Source of the DNA: Alphaproteobacteria bacterium | Lineage (GTDB): Bacteria > Pseudomonadota > Alphaproteobacteria > UBA828 | Length of the DNA: 64,000 nucleotides | Assembly (NCBI GenBank): GCA_963422645.2 | Contig: CAXXVO010000021.1 | Coordinates: forward strand, 96,655-160,654 | Reading direction: 5' to 3' | Shown here: one piece after another, positions 1 through 9,918 of the stretch | Layout of the letters: each line of letters starts with the position of its first letter | Numbering within the stretch: position 1 is the stretch's first letter | Program-made: the position numbers and the translations under genes | Notes under the pieces: model-generated | What the model was told of the DNA's origin: nothing | The model's database searches: none | What the model saw: the letters and a program-made list of their open reading frames with translations, nothing else

Positions 1-2
1 AG

Positions 3-719
3 GCGGAGCCGCGCCTGCGCTTCGTCAGCGGCCTCGGCAACGTGGGTTATGCGCGCGCCTGCAACCGCGGGGCGCGAGAGGCACGGGGACGCTACCTGCT
101 GCTGCTGAACCCGGACTGCTGCCTTGGCCCCGGCGCGGTGCCTGCCCTGCTGACCGAAGCCGCAGCGCTCGATCGCGACTGGATGCTCGGCTGCCGCGTG
201 CGCAACCCCGACGGCACCGACCAGCGCGGCTCGCGGCGGGCGCTCCTCACCCCCGTCACTGCGCTGGTCGAAGCGTTCCGGCTCGACCGGCTTTCGCCGC
301 GGCTTTTTTGGCGACATCGGCTCAACCAGCACGATATGCCCCTTCCCAAGGGCATCGCGCGCGTGCCCGCCATCAGTGGCGCCTGCATGATGCTGCCGGC
401 CGCGACCTATCGCGCCGCCGGCGGCATGGACGACGGCTACTTCCTGCACGTCGAGGATCTCGACCTTTGCCTGCGGCTGCACCGGGCCGGGACTCCGGTC
501 TACTTCGCCCCCCACGTGCAGGCGATCCACCACGCGGGCAGCAGCCACGCCCACCCGCTCCTGGTCGAATGGCACAAGACACGGAGCCTGCTCCGGTACT
601 TCGGGCTGCACTACCGCGCTCTCCCCTGGCTGGCGCTGCTGGGTCCCCTCGCCGCCGGGTGCCTCGCCCGTTTCGGGATCCGGGCGATGATGTCGTGGTG
701 GCGCCCCGCCCGGCCGTAG
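3..719 (+). CDS. Glycosyltransferase family 2 (WbbL/RfbF-like putative rhamnosyltransferase), 5'-truncated by the window edge
   Basis: Frame open from base 3; GT2 motifs NVGYARACNRG, LLLNPD, ISGACMM, YFLHVEDLDLC; adjacent to rmlA remnant. Confidence 0.85.
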   Translation, partial: AEPRLRFVSGLGNVGYARACNRGAREARGRYLLLLNPDCCLGPGAVPALLTEAAALDRDWMLGCRVRNPDGTDQRGSRRALLTPVTALVEAFRLDRLSPRLFWRHRLNQHDMPLPKGIARVPAISGACMMLPAATYRAAGGMDDGYFLHVEDLDLCLRLHRAGTPVYFAPHVQAIHHAGSSHAHPLLVEWHKTRSLLRYFGLHYRALPWLALLGPLAAGCLARFGIRAMMSWWRPARP

Positions 720-732
720 GGCGGCGCGGCGC

Positions 733-1010
733 TCAGCGAGGTGCGGTAGTGCCGGCCTCGCTCTCGCCCCGCTCGCCCGCGAGCCTGAGCAAGTGTTCGC
801 CGTAGCTGCTCTTGCGCAGGCGATGGCCGAGCGCGGCGAGTTCCGCGCGGTCGATCCAGCCGTTCAGAAAGGCGATCTCCTCGGGAACGCCGATACGCTG
901 GCTCTGGCACGTCTCGATGGTGTGAACGAAGCGCGCCGCCGCCGCCAGGCTGTCGTGCGTCCCGGTATCGAACCAGGTGAAACCGGGGCCCAGCCGTTCG
1001 ACCGCCAGAT
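733..1010 (-). pseudogene. rmlA: 3' remnant of glucose-1-phosphate thymidylyltransferase, cut by IS21
   Basis: Manual translation (not in ORF track): LAVERLGPGFTWFDTGTHDSLAAAARFVHTIETCQSQRIGVPEEIAFLNGWID...SYGEHLL, matching the RmlA C-terminal W(L/F)DTGT and PEEIA motifs; stop at 733-735; 5' part absent. Confidence 0.85.
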
Positions 1011-1212
1011 TGTCAATCGGCTTTCAATACTGACCCCCGATCGGCGTGCAAAATTGACCCCCCTGAGTGGCACGGCGGAGGTTGTCCCGGTAGCCAATAG
1101 GGGGGACCCGCGCGGCTTCGTGTGGCGCCCTGCGCTACGCGGAGCGAAGCCGCGTGGGGGGTCCCTGTTGGCCCACCGGGGCAACCGGGCCGCAAGGGAG
1201 GCCGGCGGCGGG

Positions 1213-1941
1213 TCAGGAGCGGTTCTTGAAGCGCCAGCTCTCGTTGCCGGTCTCGATGATCTCGCAATGATGGGTGAGGCGATCGAGCAGCGCTGTGGTC
1301 ATCTTGGGGTCGCCGAAGACGGATGGCCATTCGCCGAAGGCGAGGTTTGTGGTGATGACGATCGAGGTGCGCTCGTAGAGCCGGCTCATCAGATGGAAGA
1401 GCAGCTGCCCACCGGCCTGGGCGAAGGGCAGGTAGCCGAGCTCGTCGAGGATGACGAAGTCGCGGCGGACGAGCTGGTCTGCAGTGCGGCCCTGGCGTCC
1501 GGCGCGAAGCTCGGCCTCGAGGAGGTTGACCAGGTCGACGACGTTGTAGCACCGGCCGCGCGCGCCCTTGCGGATGCAGGACCGCGCGATGGCGACGGCG
1601 AGATGGGTCTTGCCGGTACCGGTGCCGCCGACCAGCACGATGTTGCGTTTGCCCTCGAGGAAGCCGCCGCCGGCGAGCTCCTGGATCAGGGGCTCGTTGA
1701 CCGGCGAGGCGGCGAAGTCGAAGTCGGCCAGCTCCTTGACCGTCGGCAGCTTGGCGGAGGCCATCTGGTACTTGATCGAGCGGGCCCTCTTGTCGGCGAT
1801 CTCGACCTGCAGCAGCGTACCGATGATCTGTTGCACCGGATGGCGGCGCTTGAGCCCGTCGGCAAGGATGTCGTCGTAAGCGGCGCGCATACCTGCGAGC
1901 TTCAGCTGGGTCATCATCTCCAGCACATCATGACGCTCCAT
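1213..1941 (-). CDS. istB: IS21 helper AAA+ ATPase IstB
   Basis: Walker A GGTGTGKT, Walker B ILDELGY, ITTN and LLDRLTHH motifs; 242 aa. Confidence 0.95.
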   Translation of the reverse strand: MERHDVLEMMTQLKLAGMRAAYDDILADGLKRRHPVQQIIGTLLQVEIADKRARSIKYQMASAKLPTVKELADFDFAASPVNEPLIQELAGGGFLEGKRNIVLVGGTGTGKTHLAVAIARSCIRKGARGRCYNVVDLVNLLEAELRAGRQGRTADQLVRRDFVILDELGYLPFAQAGGQLLFHLMSRLYERTSIVITTNLAFGEWPSVFGDPKMTTALLDRLTHHCEIIETGNESWRFKNRS

Positions 1942-3442
1942 GACCGGCCTCCCTCAGGCTGTCGTAGCGCTGACAGTCGGCTACCGGCTTGTGGCGAAGC
2001 TGCAGGCCCTCGGGCGTCGGGATGATTGCCGGCGGTGCCGGCTGGCGCTGCCGGGCGAGGATGTTGAGCACCACGTCGGCGCTGCAGGCACCGCAGTCGA
2101 GCGTCTCGGCACAGGCCGCCTCAACCGCCTCCAGTCCGTCCTCCAGCACCGCCGCGAGCACCTTGACGAACTGCCGGTCGCCGTCGTCGTGGCCCGCGAG
2201 CCGGGTTCGCAGGCGGCCGAGCGCGTTGGGCAACTGCCAGTCCTTGAAGGGCGCGCCATTGCGTAGCGCGCCGGGCTTCCGCGTCAGGATCGGCACGTAA
2301 TGCCACGGATCGTAGACGAACCGGCCGCGCCCGAAGCTGCGGGGGTGCTCGGCAACGGTCTCGCCGTCCTGGCGGATGACGATCCGATCGGCATAGGCCC
2401 GCACGTCCACCGGCCGGCCGACGGCGCGGGCCGCGACGCTGTACTGGTTGTTGTCGAAGCGCACCAGACAGGTCTTCGAGACCGACACCTCGCTGGCATG
2501 GAAGCCGTCGAAGGGGCCGCGATACGCCATCAGGAAGGGCTGCTCCTCCTCGAACACCTGCCACACCGTCTTGCCCGGGATTGTCGGATGCGGATGCTTC
2601 TTGGCGTCCTCGATGCACCGATCCATCAGCCACTCGTTGATCTCGGCGTAGGAGCGGCCCCGCGGGATGGGCACGAACAGGCGGCCGCGAAGGTCACCCA
2701 CCTGCTTCTCGACCTGCCCCTTCTCCCAGCCAGCCCCTGGCGTGCACGCCACAGGCTCCACCAGATGGTGCGAGCACAGCTCCTGGAAGCGGCGGTTGTA
2801 GTCCCGCTTCTTGCCCACGAAGATCGTGCTCACCGCCGTCTTCATGTTGTCGTAGATGCCCCGCCGGCAGACCCCGCCGAAGAAGCGGAAGGCACGCTCG
2901 TGCGCCTCGAAGACCATCTCCTGGCTCTCGCGGGGAAAGATCTGGACCAGATACATCCGGCTGTGGCACAGCCGCATGTGCGCCGCCTTCACCCTGGTCG
3001 TCGCGCCCGACAGACGCGCGTACTCGTGGCTCCAGTCGAACTGGTAGGCCTCGCCGGGATCGAAGATCAGCGGCACATAGGCCTGCGCCGGCGACAACAG
3101 CCGCCACCGGCGCCGCCAGGCCCTGGCATAGCGGCGAACCGCGTCATAGCCGCCCTTGTAGCCCAGCGACACAAGGTCTTCATGAATCCGCAGAAGAGAC
3201 AGCCGATCCTTGCGTGCCTTCTTCTCGTTGGCCTTCAGCTGGCGCTCAAGCTCCTCCACCCACAGCCCAAGCTTCGGCATCGGCTGGATCTTGCGCTCGT
3301 AGCTGTGCGAGGTCGCATCGCCCCGCACCACCTTGCGTATCGTGTTCTTGGAAACCCTCAAATCCCGGGCGAGCTTCTTGATCGGAACGCCCTTCACCAG
3401 ATGATCCCGACGGATCTTCGCGATCGTTTCCACAACCAGCAT
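1928..3442 (-). CDS. istA: IS21 transposase IstA
   Basis: N-terminal [22 protein letters not shown] motifs; overlaps istB start; ATG at 3442 chosen as start. Confidence 0.95.
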   Translation of the reverse strand: MLVVETIAKIRRDHLVKGVPIKKLARDLRVSKNTIRKVVRGDATSHSYERKIQPMPKLGLWVEELERQLKANEKKARKDRLSLLRIHEDLVSLGYKGGYDAVRRYARAWRRRWRLLSPAQAYVPLIFDPGEAYQFDWSHEYARLSGATTRVKAAHMRLCHSRMYLVQIFPRESQEMVFEAHERAFRFFGGVCRRGIYDNMKTAVSTIFVGKKRDYNRRFQELCSHHLVEPVACTPGAGWEKGQVEKQVGDLRGRLFVPIPRGRSYAEINEWLMDRCIEDAKKHPHPTIPGKTVWQVFEEEQPFLMAYRGPFDGFHASEVSVSKTCLVRFDNNQYSVAARAVGRPVDVRAYADRIVIRQDGETVAEHPRSFGRGRFVYDPWHYVPILTRKPGALRNGAPFKDWQLPNALGRLRTRLAGHDDGDRQFVKVLAAVLEDGLEAVEAACAETLDCGACSADVVLNILARQRQPAPPAIIPTPEGLQLRHKPVADCQRYDSLREAGHGAS

Positions 3443-3561
3443 CTCCCCCACCACCCCGTCCGTCCAAACGACGAGGTGTGTTCATGGACACAAATCCAAG
3501 GGGGTCAATTTTGGACGCCGATCACCCCCAATAGGGGGTCACTTTTCCACGCTTAACAACA

Positions 3562-3764
3562 GTCTGGTGCGAACCGAGGTCGTCTGGTTCAACTACGCCC
3601 CCGACCGGATGCATTGGGCCAGCCACGCAGGCCGGAACTTCACCGACCGCCAGCGCATCAAGCGCAAGGCAGCCAACTGGGGCCGGCGCTACCAGGCCTT
3701 GCCGCCGGGCGAACGCCTCGCCGTGCTCGCCGCCATGATGGCCGTCGAGGCCGAAGACACGTGA
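3562..3764 (+). pseudogene. C-terminal fragment of a probable DNA adenine methyltransferase (phage/ICE type), cut by IS21
   Basis: RTEVVWFNY...AGRNFTDRQRIKRKAANW...PPGERLAVLAA recalled as the tail of small D12-class adenine methylases; begins right at the IS21 end. Confidence 0.55.
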
Positions 3765-5301
3765 CGGTGTCGCACTGGCACGAAGACCTCGCCGCCCGTA
3801 ACGAGGCCTTCTGCTGCCTGAAGGAGCTTCTCGAGCCATCATCCCTCGCAACCACTGTCGTCGTTGCCGTCCGGGAATGGGGGCAGGGGCTGCTGCGATC
3901 AGCCACCGCGCTCGCCCGGGAAAATGCCGCACTCGAGCAGGAGAACGCGGCCCTGCGCGAGCGCATCGCCGAACTCGAGCGCAGCGCGGCCCTCAACAGC
4001 ACCACAAGCAGCAAGCCCCCCGCCAGCGACGGGCTCAAGAAGAAAAGCGGAGCCCAGAGGCGCACCCAAAGCCAGCGCGGAAAGTCCGGCGGGCCCAGTG
4101 GCGGCCAGCCCGGCCACAAGGGAACCACCCTCGCGCGGAGCGACAGCCCGGACCGTGTCGTCGATCACCACCCCTCCACCTGTTCCGGCTGTGGCGTCGA
4201 GCTCTCGGACGCCGACCGGCAAGGCGCGCCCGCCTGTCGGCAGGTCTTCGACGTACCCGAGCCGCAGCCTCTCGAGGTCACCGAACACCGCGCCCATCGC
4301 TGCCTCTGCGGCGCATGCGGCACGCTGACACGAGCCGCCTTCCCGCCGGGCGTCACCGCCCCGGTCCAGTACGGCCCTCGCATCACCGCTTGGGTGAGTT
4401 ACCTGCTGTACGCCCAGTTCGTGCCCGAGAAGCGTCTGGCCGAACTCATGAGCGACATCTTCGCGGTGTCCATCTCCACTGCCACGATCGCCGCCATGGG
4501 CCGGCGCACAGCGCAGCGCTTCGAGGGCTTCCTCGACCATGTCGCCGATCTGATCCGCACGCAGGCGCCGGTCAAGCACCTCGACGAGACCGGCCTGCGT
4601 ATCGCCGCCCGTACCCGCTGGCTCCATGTGCTGTGCACCCCGTTGCTCACCGTCCTGCGCATCGGCGAGGGACGCGGCGATGTCGAAAAGAACCTGAAAG
4701 GCATCCTCGTCCACGACGACTTCGCCCCCTACTTCACCATCAAGGGCTCATCCGCCACGGCGCCTGCAACGCACATCACCTGCGCGAACTCCAGGCCCTG
4801 ATCGACATCGAGAAGGAGGAATGGGCGGCGAGCATGCACCGCCTGCTTCAGCGCGCGCGCAGGGCCGCCCGCTTCGCCCGTGAGAAAGACCGTCAAGTCC
4901 CCGCCTCCCTGGTGGCCCGCATCTCAAGGGCATGGGACCGTATCCTCGAAGAAGCCATCGCCTTCCATGAGGCCCAACCGCCGCTCCAGATCGCAAAGCG
5001 AGGGCGAAAGAAACGCCGCATCGGCCACAACCTCGCGCGCCGCCTTCAAAAGCATAAGGAGGGCTGCCTGCGCTTCCTCACCGACCTGCGCACGCCGTTC
5101 ACGAATAACGAGGCGGAGCGTGACATCCGTATGAACAAAGTGCATGAGAAGATCTCAGGCGGCTTCCGCTCCCTGCAAGGCGCCTGCAACTTCGCCGGAA
5201 TGCGCAGCGTCATCGTCACCGCTCGAAAGCAAGGCTGGAACATCCTGCAAATCCTGGCGCACCCGGAACCGATGCAGCTGATCCCTATACTGCGCTCCTG
5301 A
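3761..5301 (+). pseudogene. IS66 transposase, frameshifted near 4745 and fused in frame to a foreign N-terminus
   Basis: NSTTSSKPPASDG, GGQPGHKG, CxxC zinc finger, HLDETG, CNAHHLREL, TNNEAERDIR, KISGGFRS motifs split across two frames at AAGGGCTC. Confidence 0.85.
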
Positions 5302-5466
5302 ACTTCTCCGGCTCATCCTGAGTATCGCTGTCCTCTCATCTTGTTCGCGACGCGGCGTTCATCATCCTCTCGCGCTCAAGAGAGTAGGCACCCCCGCGGC
5401 GTGGGGGCGTTGACGCAAAAGGAACTGGCTTGTTCCATAAGAGAGAGGGGGTACCTGGGCAGTTAC
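3761..5466 (+). mobile_element. IS66-family (ISBst12 group, single ORF) element lacking its left end
   Basis: Right IR ACCTGGGCAGTTAC at 5453-5466, same as the IS66 at 17181-19068; no GTAACTGCCCAGG left IR found. Confidence 0.8.
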
Positions 5467-6344
5467 CCTTCGAAGAGTATATGGCGGCCAATCCCAACCG
5501 CACGAAGCGCACCAACGAGCTCTACCGCTACGAGGCGAAGCGGTATCTGAGCGACTGGCTCACCCGCCCGCTCGACGCTATCGCGCGCAAGGATGTCGAG
5601 GCCCGCTTCAACAGCATCACGGCCGACCACGGCTGGTCGGCGGCCAACCGGGCGATGTCGCTTCTGCGCTCGGTCTACCGCAGGCCCTGCGTCGACCTGG
5701 ACGGGCTACGCAATCCGGTCGATCTCTGGCTCGCCGGCGGCGGCAAGTTCCACCGCAAGACAAGGCGCAAGATCTCGGCCCCGGCAGAGGTGCTGCCGTG
5801 CTGGCGCGCCGGGATCGAGGCTGAGGTGCACAACCCGGCGATCCGGGATACCCTCTGGTTCGGGCTCTACACCGGCATGCGCCGCGAGGAGGTGCTCACA
5901 CTCCGCTGGGAGCGGGTCGACCTGGCAGCGCTCACCTTCCGGGTCGAGGAAACCAAGACCGGCGTGCCCCTGGAGCTTCCGATCACCCGGCAACTCGCGG
6001 CCATTCTCGAACGCCGCCTGGCCGCCGTCGGCGACTACTCGCCCGGCGTTGGCGACTGGGTGTTTCCCTCGCCTACCAGTGCCACCGGCCATGTGCAGGA
6101 TATCCATCATCTCTACAGCCGCATCGGCAAGGCCGGCGGCGCCAAGTTCTGGTTTCACGGCCTGCGGAACTGCTTCATCACCGTCGCCGAGCGCGAGCTG
6201 ATGCTGCCCTCCTCCCTCACCAAGCGCCTCGTCAACCACGCCCGCCCCAACGACGTCACCGAAGGCTACGCAGCCGACTGGACCGTCTCCCAACTCCGAG
6301 AACCGGCGCAGAATGTCGCCGACCGGATCGAGGCGCTCTTGGCC
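5467..6344 (+). pseudogene. Tyrosine recombinase / phage-type integrase, N-terminus removed by IS66 and C-terminus replaced by IS21 sequence
   Basis: Catalytic R (YTGMRREE), K (ETKTG), HxxR (HGLR), H (LVNH), Y (EGY); frame reads through into istA sequence to 6479. Confidence 0.85.
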
Positions 6345-7449
6345 CCTGTGCCGAGACGCTCGACTGCGGTGCCTGCAGCGCCGACGTGGTGCTCAACATC
6401 CTCGCCCGGCAGCGCCAGCCGGCACCGCCGGCAATCATCCCGACGCCCGAGGGCCTGCAGCTTCGCCACAAGCCGGTAGCCGACTGTCAGCGCTACGACA
6501 GCCTGAGGGAGGCCGGTCATGGAGCGTCATGATGTGCTGGAGATGATGACCCAGCTGAAGCTCGCAGGTATGCGCGCCGCTTACGACGACATCCTTGCCG
6601 ACGGGCTCAAGCGCCGCCATCCGGTGCAACAGATCATCGGTACGCTGCTGCAGGTCGAGATCGCCGACAAGAGGGCCCGCTCGATCAAGTACCAGATGGC
6701 CTCCGCCAAGCTGCCGACGGTCAAGGAGCTGGCCGACTTCGACTTCGCCGCCTCGCCGGTCAACGAGCCCCTGATCCAGGAGCTCGCCGGCGGCGGCTTC
6801 CTCGAGGGCAAACGCAACATCGTGCTGGTCGGCGGCACCGGTACCGGCAAGACCCATCTCGCCGTCGCCATCGCGCGGTCCTGCATCCGCAAGGGCGCGC
6901 GCGGCCGGTGCTACAACGTCGTCGACCTGGTCAACCTCCTCGAGGCCGAGCTTCGCGCCGGACGCCAGGGCCGCACTGCAGACCAGCTCGTCCGCCGCGA
7001 CTTCGTCATCCTCGACGAGCTCGGCTACCTGCCCTTCGCCCAGGCCGGTGGGCAGCTGCTCTTCCATCTGATGAGCCGGCTCTACGAGCGCACCTCGATC
7101 GTCATCACCACAAACCTCGCCTTCGGCGAATGGCCATCCGTCTTCGGCGACCCCAAGATGACCACAGCGCTGCTCGATCGCCTCACCCATCATTGCGAGA
7201 TCATCGAGACCGGCAACGAGAGCTGGCGCTTCAAGAACCGCTCCTGACCCGCCGCCGGCCTCCCTTGCGGCCCGGTTGCCCCGGTGGGCCAACAGGGACC
7301 CCCCACGCGGCTTCGCTCCGCGTAGCGCAGGGCGCCACACGAAGCCGCGCGGGTCCCCCCTATTGGCTACCGGGACAACCTCCGCCGTGCCACTCAGGGG
7401 GGTCAATTTTGCACGCCGATCGGGGGTCAGTATTGAAAGCCGATTGACA
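6345..7449 (+). mobile_element. Partial inverted copy of the IS21 (3' end of istA, istB, right IR)
   Basis: 1105 bp matching the reverse complement of 1011-2115; ends CCGATTGACA. Confidence 0.93.
6519..7247 (+). CDS. istB: IS21 helper ATPase IstB, second copy
   Basis: Protein identical to 1213-1941. Confidence 0.95.
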   Translation: MERHDVLEMMTQLKLAGMRAAYDDILADGLKRRHPVQQIIGTLLQVEIADKRARSIKYQMASAKLPTVKELADFDFAASPVNEPLIQELAGGGFLEGKRNIVLVGGTGTGKTHLAVAIARSCIRKGARGRCYNVVDLVNLLEAELRAGRQGRTADQLVRRDFVILDELGYLPFAQAGGQLLFHLMSRLYERTSIVITTNLAFGEWPSVFGDPKMTTALLDRLTHHCEIIETGNESWRFKNRS

Positions 7450-7551
7450 CTGCTCGCCGCCGGCGCCGAGAAGAACCGCGAGGTTCTCGACGAGAAGCTC
7501 TTCATGGAGATCCTGGGCGAGCCCGCCAAGCCGAAGAGGGCACGGCGGTGA
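7450..7551 (+). pseudogene. C-terminal fragment of a probable ExeA-like transposition AAA ATPase, cut by IS21
   Basis: LLAAGAEKNREVLDEKLFMEILGEPAKPKRARR* resembles the recalled tail (LLAAA...LDEKL.LEVF) of ExeA-family ATPases paired with DDE transposases; stop overlaps the next start (GTGA). Confidence 0.5.
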
Positions 7552-8546
7552 AGGGCTTCCCGACACGGGCGCCGATGCAGCTCGAGGATCGCCCCCGGGC
7601 GCAACAGTGGATGGTGGACACGCTGTGGGCCGAGCAGGCCGTGGGCATCGTCGGCGGCGAGCCCAAGTGCGGCAAATCCCTGCTCGCGCTCGATCTCGCC
7701 GTCGCCGTGGCCACCGGCGTCCCATGCCTGCGCCACTACCGCCCCAGCGCAAGCGGCACCGTGCTGCTCTTCGCCGCCGAGGACGCCGGCCACAGGGTGC
7801 GCAAGCGTCTGCAGGGGATCGCCCGCGCCGCCGCCACCCCCTTCGACGAACTCGACATCGCCGTCATCGACGTGCCCACCCTGCGTCTCGACCGGCCCGG
7901 CGACCGTCAACGCCTGCAGCAGACCGTGGAGCGCATCGAACCGCGCCTCCTGATCCTCGATCCCCTGGTCCGCCTGCACAGCGTCGACGAGAACGCCGTC
8001 GCAGAGATCGCCCCCATCCTCGGCTTCCTGCGCGAACTGCAGCGCCGCTTCGAAACCGCCGTCCTCCTCGTCCACCACGCCCGCAAGAGCGGCGGCACCC
8101 GGCCGGGGCAGGCCCTGCGCGGGAGCAGCGAGCTGCACGCTTGGGGTGACTCAAATCTGTACCTGCGCCGGCGCGACAAGAAGATCGTCATGACGGTCGA
8201 GCAGCGCGACGCCCGGGGCCTCAACGACATCGAGCTGGAACTCGTCGACGGCGGACATGGGCCGGCCTTCCGTCTGCACCAGGACGCGGCAGATGAAGAC
8301 AGGCACGAGCCCGCCACCGTCGAGCAGCGCGTCTTCAAGGCGATCGAGCAGGCCGAAAAGCCGCTCTCGAAAGCCCAGATCCGCTCACGCGCCGCTGCCC
8401 GCAACGCCACCGTCGTTGCCGCCATCGAGAGCCTCACCAGGGAGGGGCGCATCGAACGGGCGCCCAGGGGTGGCTATCGCCTCGCAGCCGCCGAGGCGCA
8501 CCGGGAGCCGCAATCCCCTGCCGCCATCAACGGAAGTGCGGGATGA
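7548..8546 (+). CDS. RepA/AAA_25-type (SF4-like) helicase ATPase with probable C-terminal winged helix
   Basis: Walker A GEPKCGKS, FAAED, Walker B LLILDPL, LVHHARK and RGSS motifs. Confidence 0.85.
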   Translation: MKGFPTRAPMQLEDRPRAQQWMVDTLWAEQAVGIVGGEPKCGKSLLALDLAVAVATGVPCLRHYRPSASGTVLLFAAEDAGHRVRKRLQGIARAAATPFDELDIAVIDVPTLRLDRPGDRQRLQQTVERIEPRLLILDPLVRLHSVDENAVAEIAPILGFLRELQRRFETAVLLVHHARKSGGTRPGQALRGSSELHAWGDSNLYLRRRDKKIVMTVEQRDARGLNDIELELVDGGHGPAFRLHQDAADEDRHEPATVEQRVFKAIEQAEKPLSKAQIRSRAAARNATVVAAIESLTREGRIERAPRGGYRLAAAEAHREPQSPAAINGSAG

Positions 8547-8607
8547 GGCGTTCCCGTTCCCGTTCCCGGAACTCTTAAGCGTTGAAGGGTACAGGAACGG
8601 GAACGCC
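8547..8607. repeat. Origin-like GTTCCC repeats forming an inverted repeat
   Basis: GTTCCC x3 at 8550-8567; 14-bp perfect IR GGCGTTCCCGTTCC (8547-8560) / GGAACGGGAACGCC (8594-8607) around a more AT-rich spacer. Confidence 0.75.
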
Positions 8608-8648
8608 GTCAGCCTCCCTTCCAAGCAGACCTTCGCCGGGACCCGGCA

Positions 8649-9518
8649 ATGAGCGGCGGCGATCCCCTGGCCACCTGCCGCAACATCCCCCTCGACCGGG
8701 TCGCCGCCGCCCTCGGCTACCGCAGAGACCCGACCGACCGGGCGCGCTTCAAGCGCGGGGGCTCGGTCATCAGCATCAACGGCGAGAAGTTCTTCGATCA
8801 CCTGCGCGGCACGGGAGGGGGTGGCGCCATCGACCTCGTCATCCATGCGACGGGATGCCGCTTCCCGGAAGCCCTCCGCTTCCTCGGAAGCCATGAGGGG
8901 CGGAGGGAGATCACCACCATCCCAGCCGCCCCGCGACGCCTGCGGCTGCCAAGGCCCAGTCCCCGCGCCTGGCCCAGGGTCCGGGACGCCCTCATCCGCC
9001 AACGCGCTATCGGCACCGACGTGCTCGAAGCCTGCCACGGCCGAGGCCTCCTCTACGCCGATGACAGGATCAACGCCGTCTTCATCTGCCGAAACGCCAG
9101 CGGGCACACGACCGGCGCCGAGATCCTCGGCACCGCGCCGCAGCCCGGAACAAAACGCTTCAGGGGCATGGCCCCGGGATCGCGCAAGGCGCGTGGCGGC
9201 TTCTGGCTCCACTGCGACCGAAACCAGCCCGCCCTCGTCATCCTCACCGAGAGCGCCGTCGACGCCATCTCTGCACGAAGCCTGCGCGTCGAGGGGACGC
9301 GCGAGAACGGCGCCGTCGTCGCCTCAACCGCCGGCATCGCCAGCTCGGTCCCGCCCTGGATCAAGGAGTGGAAGCCACGTCGCATCGTCTGTGCCTACGA
9401 CGCAGACAGCGCCGGCGACACTGCCGCCGAGCATCTCGTGCTCAACGATCCAAGGGTGAAAAGGTTGCGCCCACGACACGCCAAGGACTGGAACGAGATG
9501 CTCCTGCGGTCTCGATGA
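8649..9518 (+). CDS. Toprim-domain primase-like protein (DUF3991 + Toprim type)
   Basis: Toprim Glu (ILTESAVDAIS) and DxD (AYDADSAGD), terminal KDWNE; N-terminal FFDH..GGGAIDLV region like primase N-domains. Confidence 0.8.
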   Translation: MSGGDPLATCRNIPLDRVAAALGYRRDPTDRARFKRGGSVISINGEKFFDHLRGTGGGGAIDLVIHATGCRFPEALRFLGSHEGRREITTIPAAPRRLRLPRPSPRAWPRVRDALIRQRAIGTDVLEACHGRGLLYADDRINAVFICRNASGHTTGAEILGTAPQPGTKRFRGMAPGSRKARGGFWLHCDRNQPALVILTESAVDAISARSLRVEGTRENGAVVASTAGIASSVPPWIKEWKPRRIVCAYDADSAGDTAAEHLVLNDPRVKRLRPRHAKDWNEMLLRSR

Positions 9519-9545
9519 AAGCCAGGCCACTCACCGCTCTCGCAG

Positions 9546-9617
9546 ATCAACCAAGCGCCGCATCACGAACATCAAATAATCCGAAAACCGCACCATCAAA
9601 TGCTGGGCGCACGCTCA
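9546..9617. repeat. Putative transposon right end with spaced repeats ending in CA
   Basis: ATCAA(A/C) at 9546, 9571 and 9595 (25/24-bp spacing) ending ...CGCACGCTCA; reads TGAGCG... on the minus strand. Confidence 0.45.
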
Positions 9618-9812
9618 GCCGGACCGGAAAGCGTCGCCGACGCTGCGTGACCCAACCCCGTTCACTCCGCCTCACTCCACAAGTTCCCAACGAGCACAAA
9701 CCGCTGGCGCCGTTCTTACACTCGCGGCTCTCTCCCCCTTCGGCTCGTAGTAGAGCGAGGAGCGCCCGATCGACAGCGCGCGGCATTACCCATCCACCTG
9801 CTTGCCATAGCA

Positions 9813-9918
9813 CGACATGTCGATCTATTGTCATTTCTTCGACACGTTTGGATGACATGTCGACGGAAACGACATGTTCGGACAATGTGTCGACAGGAGC
9901 TGGATACATCGACATGAC
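9813..9918. promoter_or_regulatory. Cluster of CGACATGTCG-like palindromes upstream of fic (putative operator array)
   Basis: CGACATGTCG 9813, CGACACGTT 9840, TGACATGTCGAC 9853, CGACATGTTCG 9870, TGTGTCGACA 9886, CGACATGAC 9910 (covers the start codon). Confidence 0.55.

Larger units (their letters stand above)
1011..3561 (-). mobile_element. Complete IS21-family insertion sequence (istA-istB)
   Basis: TG...CA ends with imperfect IRs (TGTCAATCGG...TGACCCC / TGTTGTTAAG...TGACCCC) and repeated internal TGACCCC motifs; no target duplication seen. Confidence 0.92.

Noticed and set aside
1060-1212. Structured 3' region of IS21 as a guide or bridge RNA
   Set aside because: GC-rich hairpins after istB are common in IS21 ends; no target-matching loop seen and no evidence of expression
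793-2025. 410-aa ORF and its counterpart at 6435-8138
   Set aside because: Antisense to istB and crosses IS boundaries
3798-3812. GTAAC as the left IR of the first IS66
   Set aside because: Matches the right IR for only 5 bp and lies inside the fused reading frame
9368-9913. 182-aa N-terminal extension of Fic in the ORF track
   Set aside because: Overlaps the Toprim gene and the repeat region; the SoFic-like sequence starts at ATG 9914
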